From Bacteroidia bacterium (GTDB lineage: Bacteria > Bacteroidota > Bacteroidia > JADZBD01): DNA of 44,070 nt. Location: NCBI GenBank assembly GCA_036522695.1, contig DATDFI010000451.1:1-44070 (forward strand), in the 5' to 3' direction. The notes under the pieces are model-generated. The model searched no databases and was not told the origin of the DNA. It saw only the letters and a list, made by a program, of their open reading frames with translations. Made by a program: the position numbers and the translations under genes. Positions 25,406 through 34,713 of this stretch are shown here, one piece after another (the first letter of the stretch is position 1; every line of letters begins with the position of its first letter).

Positions 25406-26827
25406 ATGAAAACCTACCGCTCACTCTCCTCCATTCAAACCGACCTTAAGGCCGGCTCACTCAGCCTGGAGCAACTTGTGGGCGGCTATCTCGAGCGTAT
25501 TGAGAAAAACAAAAACCTCAATGCTTTTCTCGAGGTATTTACCGATGAAGCGAAAAAGCGTGCACAGGAAATAGCAGCAAAGATCAAGAGTGGAAAGCAG
25601 GGAAAGCTCGCGGGCATGGTGATCGCACTTAAAGATAATATTTGTGTGAAAGGTCAAAAAGTTTCAGCCTCATCAAAAATCCTGGAAGGATTCGTTTCTC
25701 CCTACTCCTCCACGGTTACACAACGATTGCTAGATGCCGATGCCATCATCATCGGCCGCACCAACTGCGATGAGTTCGCCATGGGCAGCTCCAATGAGAA
25801 TTCGGCATTCGGGAATGTGAGCAACCCGCACGATACCTCGCGCGTGCCGGGAGGTTCATCGGGCGGCTCGGCTGTTGCCGTGGCTGCCGACCTGTGCCTT
25901 GCCGCACTGGGCACCGATACCGGTGGCTCCATTCGCCAGCCCGCCTCGTTTTGCGGGGTGATAGGCTTAAAGCCCACGTACGGGCGCGTTTCGCGTTACG
26001 GCATTGTCGCTTATGCTTCTTCCTTCGACCAGGTGGGTCCGCTCACGCATTGCGTGGAGGATGCCGCTGCCATACTGGAAGTGATCGCGGGTGTGGATGA
26101 ATATGATAGTACACTTTCTACAAAACCCGTTCCTCCTTATTCGAAAGAAATTTCCACTCCCGCAAAAACGATCAAGGTCGCGTATTTGAAAGATTGCCTG
26201 GAAAAAGACGGATTGGATCCCCTGATCAAACAAAAAATGGAGGCGCTCATCGCTGACCTCAAACAAAAAGGATTTACCGTTGAGCCGGTTGAATTTCCAT
26301 TTCTCGATTATCTTGTTCCAACTTATTACGTGATCACTACAGCCGAGGCGAGTTCCAACCTTTCCCGTTACGATGGCATTCGTTACGGGTACCGCAGCAA
26401 AAATGCAAGCGACCTCGAATCCACCTATAAAAAGTCGCGCAGCGAAGGTTTTGGAAAAGAAGTGAAGCGCAGGATCATGCTGGGTACATTTGTATTGAGT
26501 GCGGGATATTACGATGCGTATTATTCCAAGGGACAAAAAGTGCGCAGGCTTTTGCAAAACAAAACGCAGGAGATCCTGGACAAATACGATTTTATTTTAC
26601 TGCCCACCACTCCCGGCACCGCTTTTAAATTCGGGGAGAACTCGGCCGATCCCATTAAAATGTACCTCGAAGATATTTTCACCGTACAGGCCAACCTCAC
26701 CGGCATGCCCGCTATTTCGCTGCCGCTCGGCAAACACAGCAACGGGCTTCCCTTTGGAGTGCAACTCATCGGCCGCAAATTCGAGGAGAGCAAAATGTTT
26801 TCCTTTTCTGAGTTTTTGATGAAATAG
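25406..26827 (+). CDS. gatA: Asp-tRNA(Asn)/Glu-tRNA(Gln) amidotransferase subunit A
   Basis: 473 aa. Amidase signature GGSSGGSAVAVAA...GTDTGGSIRQPASFCG and the N-terminal pattern typical of GatA. Confidence 0.93.
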   Translation: MKTYRSLSSIQTDLKAGSLSLEQLVGGYLERIEKNKNLNAFLEVFTDEAKKRAQEIAAKIKSGKQGKLAGMVIALKDNICVKGQKVSASSKILEGFVSPYSSTVTQRLLDADAIIIGRTNCDEFAMGSSNENSAFGNVSNPHDTSRVPGGSSGGSAVAVAADLCLAALGTDTGGSIRQPASFCGVIGLKPTYGRVSRYGIVAYASSFDQVGPLTHCVEDAAAILEVIAGVDEYDSTLSTKPVPPYSKEISTPAKTIKVAYLKDCLEKDGLDPLIKQKMEALIADLKQKGFTVEPVEFPFLDYLVPTYYVITTAEASSNLSRYDGIRYGYRSKNASDLESTYKKSRSEGFGKEVKRRIMLGTFVLSAGYYDAYYSKGQKVRRLLQNKTQEILDKYDFILLPTTPGTAFKFGENSADPIKMYLEDIFTVQANLTGMPAISLPLGKHSNGLPFGVQLIGRKFEESKMFSFSEFLMK

Positions 26828-26846
26828 TTTATCCCGGCTCTTCTTA

Positions 26847-27281
26847 ATGCGACTTTCCAGAACAGGTTTATTGGTCCGGGGCATTGTTATCATATTCCTG
26901 CTTTATTTTCTGCCAAAAATATTTTTTCTATCTGCTTCCGAAAAAACGAAAGGACAGGTGGTGCGGTGGGTAACACAGCAAGGCCACAGGTCCTCCACTT
27001 CATTCCCTATTATTGAATTTTTCTATGAGGGCCAGGCTATCCGTTTCCGTGGTGAAGAATACCAAAATGTGGAATTGGAAGAAAAGGTTCCTGTAGTTTT
27101 TGACAGAAAGGATCCAAAAAATGCAAGGGTGCTCTCCTTTATGGGCTTTTGGTTTAGTTACCTGCTTTACTTCGCAATCGCATTTATCGTATGGATATTT
27201 TTTATCACTTCCTTCATGCTGCCTACACAAAGCCTTCACATTTCTTTCATAAAGGGGTGGCGCATTTACGATAATCAATGA
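26847..27281 (+). CDS. DUF3592-like membrane protein, hypothetical
   Basis: An N-terminal TM, then a small beta-rich domain (GQVVRWV...FPIIEFFYEGQAIRF...VPVVFDRKDP), then a C-terminal TM. The architecture is as in DUF3592 proteins. Confidence 0.55.
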   Translation: MRLSRTGLLVRGIVIIFLLYFLPKIFFLSASEKTKGQVVRWVTQQGHRSSTSFPIIEFFYEGQAIRFRGEEYQNVELEEKVPVVFDRKDPKNARVLSFMGFWFSYLLYFAIAFIVWIFFITSFMLPTQSLHISFIKGWRIYDNQ

Positions 27282-27507
27282 GCATAAATGAACGTGCTCT
27301 GCGTCCCTCCTTTTCTCTCCGCGGCCCCAGCGGTTCCTTATTCCTATCCACATTCCCCCGTTCATAACTACCCTGCGTTTTCACTAAGTCAGCCCGCATT
27401 TTCCCGAACTTTCACTATTGGTTTGGTTGGAATAAAGATTTTATTTGTCTATCTTCACCATCCTTTTAACGATAAAGCAGAACAATTTGAGAGCGAGCGC
27501 GTATAAA

Positions 27508-29028
27508 ATGGGCATGACCAGAGCCCTCAAAAGCCTGTATTTACCGGCCTTTTGCTTATTCTTCATTTTCATAGGTCCGGTACCCTTAAAGGCCCAGCAA
27601 CAATACAACTTCCAGGACGACCCCGTTGCTTCGGCATTGGATAGCCTTGTGCAATTGAATGTATTCGAAAAATACACCAAACCATACGTTAAGAATAACA
27701 AATACAATTTCGCTCCCGATTCCATTCCCGTTTACGATGAGGCCACCATTTCGGCTCGCATGCAAAAACTGGATGCCCAATCTCCTTTTGACCTCGTGTA
27801 TAACGATGAGGTGAAAAAGTACATCAACCTTTACCTGAGCAAAAGGCAAATGGTATCGCGTATGCTGGGGCTTTCGCAATTGTATTTCCCGCTGTTCGAG
27901 CAAATGCTGGACAAGTACAATATGCCGCTTGAGCTTAAATACCTTGCAGTGATCGAGTCGGCATTGAATCCCACCATACGCTCGCGCGCGGGCGCTGTGG
28001 GCCTTTGGCAGTTCATGTATTCAACAGGAAAATTGTACGACCTCAAGATCAATTCATACATCGATGAGCGCTGCGACCCGATGAAGGAAACGCAGGCCGC
28101 CTGCGAATTCTTACAATTCCTTTACGATACATTCGGTGACTGGCAAATTGCACTGGCTGCTTATAACTGCGGGCCGGGCAACATCAATAAAGCCATTCGC
28201 AGGTCGGGAGGCAAAAAAACATACTGGGAGATACGTCCTTATTTGCCGAGGGAAACACAGGCTTATGTTCCTTCTTTCATCGCGGTGAATTATGTGATGA
28301 ATTATGCGGCCGAACACAATTTATACGAGACCGTTCCCAAGAAAACTTTTTACCAGGTGGATACAGTGACCATCAAGGCGCAGCTCACTTTCAGGCAGAT
28401 CGCGAGCATGCTCGATATGAATGAAGAGGAGATCGAGTACCTCAACCCCATTTACCGCAGGAATGTGATCCCGCACGACACCGACCGCACCTACACGCTT
28501 TGTCTCCCGCTGGCCAAGATCGGCACCTTCGTTAGCAACGAGAAGGCCATTTACGATCAACTGAAAAAAGATTCGGCCAACATTTACATCACACAGGATA
28601 TTCCGAAGATCGTGTACGTGAAAAAAGGCGAACACATCAACACCATTGCCAACCGTTATAAATGCACGGTGGCCGATATCATCGCCTGGAACGGGTTGAA
28701 TTCATACCGGGTCTGGCCCGGGCAAAAACTCACGGTTTATATTCCAGCCAATACGGTTATAAAGGAAGATCCCGTGCTGGTGAAGAATAATGCCCCCACT
28801 CAAAAGCCCATTCCTAAAACAACAACTACCACTACGGATAAAACAAAGACCATTGCGAACAACAACGCCAATGGCAAATACAAATATCACTCCATACAAA
28901 CGGGAGATAATTTGTGGAGCCTTGCGCAGAAGTACGGCACTTCCGTTGATGAGATCAAGAAGCTCAATGGCTTTGGCAACAAGTATATGCTGTACACCGG
29001 CCAGAAGATCATCGTGGGCCGGGAATAA
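27508..29028 (+). CDS. Lytic transglycosylase (SLT domain) with two LysM domains, MltD-like
   Basis: The start was moved to the ATG at 27508 (MGMTRALKSLYLPAFCLFFIFIGPVPLKAQ signal). SLT motifs are AVIESALNP and GLWQFMYSTG. The two C-terminal LysM units are YVKKGEHINTIANRY... and YHSIQTGDNLWSLAQKY.... Confidence 0.85.
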   Translation: MGMTRALKSLYLPAFCLFFIFIGPVPLKAQQQYNFQDDPVASALDSLVQLNVFEKYTKPYVKNNKYNFAPDSIPVYDEATISARMQKLDAQSPFDLVYNDEVKKYINLYLSKRQMVSRMLGLSQLYFPLFEQMLDKYNMPLELKYLAVIESALNPTIRSRAGAVGLWQFMYSTGKLYDLKINSYIDERCDPMKETQAACEFLQFLYDTFGDWQIALAAYNCGPGNINKAIRRSGGKKTYWEIRPYLPRETQAYVPSFIAVNYVMNYAAEHNLYETVPKKTFYQVDTVTIKAQLTFRQIASMLDMNEEEIEYLNPIYRRNVIPHDTDRTYTLCLPLAKIGTFVSNEKAIYDQLKKDSANIYITQDIPKIVYVKKGEHINTIANRYKCTVADIIAWNGLNSYRVWPGQKLTVYIPANTVIKEDPVLVKNNAPTQKPIPKTTTTTTDKTKTIANNNANGKYKYHSIQTGDNLWSLAQKYGTSVDEIKKLNGFGNKYMLYTGQKIIVGRE

Positions 29029-29031
29029 TCT

Positions 29032-29628
29032 TCACTCTTCAAATATCCTTTTCAAACGCCTGGAGTAATCCTCCAGGTATTTTTTTCTCTCCTCTTCTGT
29101 AACGCGCCCGGGACCAAAGGCAATGAAAGGTTCAAGCACCTGCATGCCCACGAAGCGGAACATGCCATGATGAATATGAAAAAGCATGTCCTCGATTTTC
29201 CCGTGACGCTCCTTTTCCCCATATGAATCTTCGGGGCTGCCGGTAGTGAAGGTGAGTAAGGCTTTTTTTCCTTTGAAGGGTCCGCGATCATACATGCCCT
29301 TATTATGACCATAGGCAAAACCGGATGCAAACACACGGTCCACCCAACCTTTTAATATCGCAGGCACCGAGAACCACCAGAGCGGGAAATTGAAAATAAC
29401 GAGATCGGCCTTTTCAAATTTTTCCATCTCGGCCTTTATGTCGGGCGCGAATTGCCCGGGCGAGGGCTGGTCGGAAAGATCACCCACAGCCTTAAAATTC
29501 ATCCGGTACAGGTCGGATACCTCCACGCGGTGGCCTTCGGCTGAGAGCGATCCCTCGGCCACATTCTTCAACGCTGCGTTGAATGAGTTCACATTATCGG
29601 GATGCGCGTAAACGATCAATACATTCAT
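29032..29628 (-). CDS. NAD(P)H-dependent quinone oxidoreductase, flavodoxin-like fold (NQO1/MdaB-like)
   Basis: The start was moved to the ATG at 29628 (MNVLIVYAHPD...). ADLVIFNFPLWWFSVPAILKGWVDRV is the Flavodoxin_2 signature. Confidence 0.8.
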   Translation of the reverse strand: MNVLIVYAHPDNVNSFNAALKNVAEGSLSAEGHRVEVSDLYRMNFKAVGDLSDQPSPGQFAPDIKAEMEKFEKADLVIFNFPLWWFSVPAILKGWVDRVFASGFAYGHNKGMYDRGPFKGKKALLTFTTGSPEDSYGEKERHGKIEDMLFHIHHGMFRFVGMQVLEPFIAFGPGRVTEEERKKYLEDYSRRLKRIFEE

Positions 29629-29757
29629 TCGTAAAAATATTTTTTCAAAGATGTAAGTAATTTTCGGCAGGAGCAAAAGCCGCCATGGAATACAGGCCGA
29701 ACGGGTCAAAAAACCGTTCAGCGCTTTTTGTCTATCTTTAAACGCTCAAACCCCGAC

Positions 29758-30684
29758 ATGATCAACGTTCAACATCTCAAAAAATCATACGGCACGCACC
29801 CTGCACTAAGAGGCATCAGCTTTTCCATCAAGCAGGGTGAATTTTACGGCCTGCTCGGACCCAATGGCGCAGGGAAAACCACCACCATCAGCATCATCAG
29901 CACCATTGTAAAACCCGATGAGGGAACGGTGACCATTGATGGCATGGACCTGGCCAGCGATCCCATCGCCTGTAAAAAAATAATCGGTGTGGTGCCCCAG
30001 GAAATTGCATTGTATGATAACCTCACCGCGCAGGAAAATTTAATGTTCTGGGGATCGCTGCATGCGGTGGACAAGCCCACGCTGAAAAAACGCATTGATG
30101 AGAATTTAGAGATGATGGGGCTGAGTGACCGCAGGAATGACAAGGTGAAGGATTACTCGGGCGGGATGAAGCGCAGGGTGAACATTGCCGCTTCGCTGCT
30201 TCATCTTCCTAAGATCTTATTCATGTATGAGCCCACGGTGGGCATAGATCCGCAGAGCCGCAATTTGATATTTGAAGTGGTGGAGAAACTGCATAAAGCA
30301 GGGATGACCATCATTTACACCACGCATTACATGGAAGAAGCCGAGCGCCTTTGCGACCGCATCGGTATCATCGACAATGGGGAGATAGTAGCGCAGGGAA
30401 CATTGAATGAGCTGCGCACGCAAAGCGCGATGAAAGGATCCATCAACGTTCAGTTCGGGAATTTTTCTCCTGAAAAAGAAGCGCTCCTCAAAACATCATT
30501 CAACAGCGGCTCGGCCATCATCGATAATAAATTCATTTATCCCAGCGATGATGTGAAGAAGGACCTGCCCAAGCTCATCATCAAATGCAGCGAGCTGGGA
30601 CTGGAGCCCACGCACATCGACATTGAAGAAGTGAACCTCGAAACCATTTTCCTCAAATTCACCGGTAAAAAATTAAGAGACTAA
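29758..30684 (+). CDS. ABC transporter ATP-binding protein (ABC-2 exporter type)
   Basis: The start was moved to the ATG at 29758 (MINVQHLKKSYG). Walker A GPNGAGKTT, Q-loop VVPQE, signature YSGGMKRR and H-loop TTHYMEE are present. Walker B reads ILFMYEPT, with Tyr where Asp is expected. Confidence 0.88.
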   Translation: MINVQHLKKSYGTHPALRGISFSIKQGEFYGLLGPNGAGKTTTISIISTIVKPDEGTVTIDGMDLASDPIACKKIIGVVPQEIALYDNLTAQENLMFWGSLHAVDKPTLKKRIDENLEMMGLSDRRNDKVKDYSGGMKRRVNIAASLLHLPKILFMYEPTVGIDPQSRNLIFEVVEKLHKAGMTIIYTTHYMEEAERLCDRIGIIDNGEIVAQGTLNELRTQSAMKGSINVQFGNFSPEKEALLKTSFNSGSAIIDNKFIYPSDDVKKDLPKLIIKCSELGLEPTHIDIEEVNLETIFLKFTGKKLRD

Positions 30685-31904
30685 TGTTCCGCATCATCGC
30701 CAAGGACTTCAAAATATTTTTGACCGACCGCAGGGCCGTCATGCTCACCTTCTTTTTGCCCATCATGCTCATCTCCATTTTTGCGATGGCTTTCGGGAAA
30801 GAGAAGGAGAACAACGCACAACCCATTAACCTGCTGGTTTGTGACGAGGACCACACCAATGCAACAGCCGATGTGATCACCCAGCTCGACTCGATAAAAA
30901 GTTTGCGCGTGACCATGATCCCGCTCGATTCGGGACAGCGCATGGTGAAAACAGGGAATGAATCGGCACTGCTGGTATTTCACAAAGGATTTAAGGACTC
31001 AATGGATGCCGGAAAAAAAATACCGATCGAACTGTTGTATGACCAGGCGCGTGCCCCGGAGGTAGGAATTTTGCAGCAGGCTTTGATGAGCAACCTCATG
31101 CGCATCATCGGCACAAAAACAATAATGAAACGCGAGATGGAGCGTGCCGATAAGCAATTCTCCAACCTCGATACCTCCATTTTGCGCAACATCCACAAAC
31201 AAATCGAGGCGGGATTCAATCAAAGCGCGGGTGATAACACGGGCGGTATCGGCATATCGATGACGCCATTGATAGAGGACAAGCAGGGAAATTTAGGATT
31301 GATACAGGCCATTGCGGGAACATCGGTGATGATGCTCATGTTCGGGGTGATGGCCATGGGCGCAAGCATTTTGGATGAAAAAGAAAAAGGCACACTCAAG
31401 CGGTTGATGTATGCGCCTATCTCCACCAATTCGCTTTTATTCGGGAAGATGATCACTTCCATAATGGTGGGCGTTTTCCAGCTCGCAGTGATGCTTATTT
31501 ATTCGAAGATCATGTTCGGGCTCGACCTCATGCATAATTTTCCTGCGCTCATTTTACTGGTGTTCGCTACGGCATTTGCCTGCTCTAGTCTTGGTGTATT
31601 ACTGGCCTCCGTTGCGCGCAGCCGCCAGCAAGTGCAAATGCTCTCTACCCTCATCGTACTTTCCATGTCAGCCATTGGAGGAAGCATGATCCCTACTTTT
31701 ATGATGCCGCCTTTCATGCAAACGCTCTCACACCTCTCGGTGAACTACTGGTCCATACAGGGCTTTTATGATATTTACTGGAGAAATCTCGCCTTCACCG
31801 ATCCCGACTTTTTAATGAGGCCGCTGGTGCTTATCGCGATAGGAACCGCGCTCACGTTTACGAGCCAGTTTTTTTACAAAAGGAATGTGTTGAAGATGAC
31901 GTGA
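30684..31904 (+). CDS. ABC-2 type transporter permease
   Basis: 406 aa. An N-terminal TM, a large extracytoplasmic loop and a C-terminal five-TM bundle. The ATG overlaps the stop of the ATPase gene (TAATG). Confidence 0.8.
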   Translation: MFRIIAKDFKIFLTDRRAVMLTFFLPIMLISIFAMAFGKEKENNAQPINLLVCDEDHTNATADVITQLDSIKSLRVTMIPLDSGQRMVKTGNESALLVFHKGFKDSMDAGKKIPIELLYDQARAPEVGILQQALMSNLMRIIGTKTIMKREMERADKQFSNLDTSILRNIHKQIEAGFNQSAGDNTGGIGISMTPLIEDKQGNLGLIQAIAGTSVMMLMFGVMAMGASILDEKEKGTLKRLMYAPISTNSLLFGKMITSIMVGVFQLAVMLIYSKIMFGLDLMHNFPALILLVFATAFACSSLGVLLASVARSRQQVQMLSTLIVLSMSAIGGSMIPTFMMPPFMQTLSHLSVNYWSIQGFYDIYWRNLAFTDPDFLMRPLVLIAIGTALTFTSQFFYKRNVLKMT

Positions 31905-31906
31905 GG

Positions 31907-32335
31907 CTAAACCACCTCCCACTCCTCCACTCCACCGCGCACTTTCCGGAATAAAGGATGGATCTTTAGTTTTTTCACCTTCTTAAGCTCTGAATATTTT
32001 TTTGGGTCGCGTAGTTTCAGTTTGCGCGCGAGGTGCCTTCGCTCGTATTCGAGCTGGCCGGAAGTGACCGGGATCTTTATTTCGCGTACAAATTTCCCGA
32101 TCTTCTTTTTATCGAATGAATATCCGCGCGAAGCGGCTTCTTCGTAAACAACGTATAAATAACAATTGATCGCAGCAGCAGGCTTTGCGCAGGAGCGAAA
32201 ACGTTTTAACTGGGGGTGGTGTTTGTAACCTTTTGTTTTGCCCTGGAGCACATGCTTGGCGAGCAGTGTTTCGCGCCACAAAGCGACCAGGCCTTTGGCA
32301 TCGAGATGCGAAGGATGGAGAGACCAGATGCGCAT
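31907..32335 (-). CDS. Pyrimidine dimer DNA glycosylase / endonuclease V family protein
   Basis: MRIWSLHPSHLDAKGLVALWRETLLAKHVLQGKTKGYKHHPQLKRF matches my memory of the bacterial DenV-like (Pyr_excise) family N-terminus. I chose the ATG at 32333-32335 rather than the TTG at 32338. Confidence 0.7.
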   Translation of the reverse strand: MRIWSLHPSHLDAKGLVALWRETLLAKHVLQGKTKGYKHHPQLKRFRSCAKPAAAINCYLYVVYEEAASRGYSFDKKKIGKFVREIKIPVTSGQLEYERRHLARKLKLRDPKKYSELKKVKKLKIHPLFRKVRGGVEEWEVV

Positions 32336-32721
32336 CAATGCGCCTTCACCGGGAAGGTCATAATAAGGTTCATTTTACGCGCTTTCCCATTTTGCTGGCC
32401 GGGTGAGAATTTCAATCCTTCCACGATGCGCTTCACTTCCTCATCGATACCGTAACCTATACCGCTCACCACTTTTGTGTTGGTCACAGTGCTATCCGTA
32501 TTCACCCAAAAACTCAGCATCACTTCTCCCTCCACATATTTTTGTTTGGCCTCATCGGAATATTTCACGTTCATCAAAACATATTTATACAGTTCCTGCT
32601 CGCCCTTGGGGTAGCTGGGCTCCTGCGTGGTCACCACTTTTATGTTTTGAGGATCGTTGCTGTCCTGCGCGAAAAGAGTGAAAGAAAAGAATAAGAGTGA
32701 AAGAGTGATGATGCTTTTCAT
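32335..32721 (-). CDS. Secreted TonB C-terminal-domain protein
   Basis: The start was moved to the ATG at 32721 (MKSIITLSLLFFSFTLFAQ). PSYPKGEQELYKYV...VEGEVMLSFWVNTDSTVTNTKVVSGIGYGIDEEVKRIV...FSPGQQNGKA is a TonB_C fold pattern. Confidence 0.7.
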   Translation of the reverse strand: MKSIITLSLLFFSFTLFAQDSNDPQNIKVVTTQEPSYPKGEQELYKYVLMNVKYSDEAKQKYVEGEVMLSFWVNTDSTVTNTKVVSGIGYGIDEEVKRIVEGLKFSPGQQNGKARKMNLIMTFPVKAH

Positions 32722-32731
32722 GGAATAAATA

Positions 32732-33352
32732 TTAGGGTTGGACGGATCCATTTTTCTTTTTCGGCCGCATGCTGCGCTCTCCCGGATCTCTCATCTCGTA
32801 TTCGGCCAGCGCTTCATACTTCGCACGATCTTCCGGGTCGGCAAGATAATCCGAGAGTAATTTTGCATGAACAGGGTCATTGCGATATTCAAAATTAATG
32901 AGCGTGCTTTGCGGGACAGCGAACAAAATAGCGGAGAAGGAAAGCATGATGAGGCTGCGCGTCACTATATTTTTGTAATAGTTATACCGTTCTTCCAAAA
33001 GTTGTGCCTTTCTTTTTTGAATGGAGATCAGCACTGTGCTTGTAAGTAATATCATCCCCAGCAATAAACAAGTTCCCGCCTCCAACCAATATAAAAGTCG
33101 CGTACAAATTCCCAAAACGCCCAGCGAAAAAGCCAACCCGCAAATGGCCGACACCAGCCTGTCGTTCGCTTTTGAATCGCGTTCACGAAAAAGCCAGAGC
33201 CCGGCACCGAAATAAAGTGCAGCCAAAGGAACAAATCCCACGAGAATAAAAATGGCGCCTTCGAGGTTGTGGCCGGGCCGTGCAAATTTTAAAAACACAC
33301 CTATACAGCCGAGAACGATCAGCACCTTTTCAATGAATGCAAGGGAACGCAT
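32732..33352 (-). CDS. Multi-TM membrane protein, hypothetical
   Basis: About 5 hydrophobic helices and a charged C-terminal tail. The start is probably the ATG at 33352 (MRSLAFIEKV...) rather than 33436. Confidence 0.5.
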   Translation of the reverse strand: MRSLAFIEKVLIVLGCIGVFLKFARPGHNLEGAIFILVGFVPLAALYFGAGLWLFRERDSKANDRLVSAICGLAFSLGVLGICTRLLYWLEAGTCLLLGMILLTSTVLISIQKRKAQLLEERYNYYKNIVTRSLIMLSFSAILFAVPQSTLINFEYRNDPVHAKLLSDYLADPEDRAKYEALAEYEMRDPGERSMRPKKKNGSVQP

Positions 33353-33491
33353 AACACTGATAAAGATAAAAAAAGGCAGAATGCTGCGAGCAGGAACTCC
33401 TTCACAGCGCAAAAGAGGTTGGCGTGCAAGATACACGAATCGGGCGGATCCTGGGCGCTTGTTACAAGCAGGCGGGCCGGTAATTCGCAGG

Positions 33492-33689
33492 TCAGTTTTT
33501 CTGCGCCTCGATTACTGCGAGGGCGCCATCTTCCAGCGCGGAACGTGTACGGCCATCCATTTGCTCCGGGATCTCAATGCCACGGAAACTGAGGTCGATC
33601 TCCCAAAAAAACAATTGGTTGATGCAGTTGTTGAATGCATTGTTCATGGCAACAGAAGTGCGGTTGAGAAGTGAGCTTGCTTTTTTCAT
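33492..33689 (-). CDS. Small hypothetical protein (65 aa)
   Basis: An ORF only. Its codon usage is similar to the neighbours and no motif was recognised. Confidence 0.3.
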   Translation of the reverse strand: MKKASSLLNRTSVAMNNAFNNCINQLFFWEIDLSFRGIEIPEQMDGRTRSALEDGALAVIEAQKN

Positions 33690-33932
33690 TTGATCCTGGT
33701 TTTTTAGGTTGATTTATATGACAATGATAGCATCGCACACGGGCACCTTAAAATCATTCTTTGCAGGGAGAACGGGCTAAATGGAAAGTAGTCATACAGC
33801 ATACCGCTTTTTTGTACCGGAACACGGCCGGGTTTGCGTTTTACAGGAACAACAGGACGTACATAATTAGTTTTCGCAAAAAGCGGGAGGGCAATTATTG
33901 TTTTTTGCAAAATAAAATGGGAGGGGCCCCCA

Positions 33933-34655
33933 TCACAGCACCTCTTCCAGCACCTTATGCGATTTGATCTCTCTCAAACCGGGCACATGCAGCTCGTAAT
34001 ACTGGATAAGCTTTTCGAGCAGGGCTTTGCGTTCCATATGACTTATGCCGAGAGAAGGAATACTTTCATAATTACCGCGCATCAGTTCATCCAGCCTGCG
34101 CGCAAGGCCGGGCTCCAATCGCAAAGGATGAGAAGGCTCTGTGCCTCGAAAAACCCCATCCTGCATATCAAAATATTTTTCTTCCTCCGAAAAATTCCCC
34201 GAGGGGTAAAACCCGAGATAACGGCTAAGCTGTACCAGGAAGTATAAATGGAAATCAGCGCAGCTGCCCGTTTTAAGGTCAAGAACAAGCAAGGAGCTTC
34301 TAACGAATTCGAACAGGCCTGCGTTGGGCTCCTCTTCATGAATGGAGCGGTAAAGAATCTCGTCCAAAAAAAGCACGATAGAGCTTTTGCGAACATCCAT
34401 CGGGATAGAATTATACGGATGCTCAATGCGGATCTCCTTTATGCGCTGCAATTGCTTCTTTTCCTTCTTGTAAACCACGCATTCCACCAGGTTCAAAGGT
34501 TGAAGCAAATTTGCCCTGGTGCCGGAACGCTTGCTGTGCGCGGCATTGGCCAGGTACGATTGCAAACCGAAAGCCTCGGTGTAAATTTTAGTCACCAGGC
34601 TGGAGTCGGTGTAAGGAAACGTTTGCAGAACTATGCCCCGGGTAGTGTGCAGCAT
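33933..34655 (-). CDS. recO: DNA repair protein RecO
   Basis: 240 aa. The N-terminal OB-fold pattern is TRGIVLQTFPYTDSSLVTKIYTEAFGLQSY and the C-terminal helical domain has the RecO family layout. Confidence 0.85.
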   Translation of the reverse strand: MLHTTRGIVLQTFPYTDSSLVTKIYTEAFGLQSYLANAAHSKRSGTRANLLQPLNLVECVVYKKEKKQLQRIKEIRIEHPYNSIPMDVRKSSIVLFLDEILYRSIHEEEPNAGLFEFVRSSLLVLDLKTGSCADFHLYFLVQLSRYLGFYPSGNFSEEEKYFDMQDGVFRGTEPSHPLRLEPGLARRLDELMRGNYESIPSLGISHMERKALLEKLIQYYELHVPGLREIKSHKVLEEVL

Positions 34656-34713
34656 GGTATAAAGGTAAGGAGGTATAAAGGTTAAGGGATAAAAAGGCGC
34701 ACAATTTTACTTC

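Noticed and set aside
25967-26557. A 196-aa minus-strand ORF inside gatA.
   Set aside because: It is the shadow of a canonical amidase-signature gene.
29629-29709. A 27-codon N-terminal extension of the quinone reductase ORF.
   Set aside because: The family begins with M-x-VLIVYAHP. The extension has no signal-peptide character and would consume the divergent promoter region.
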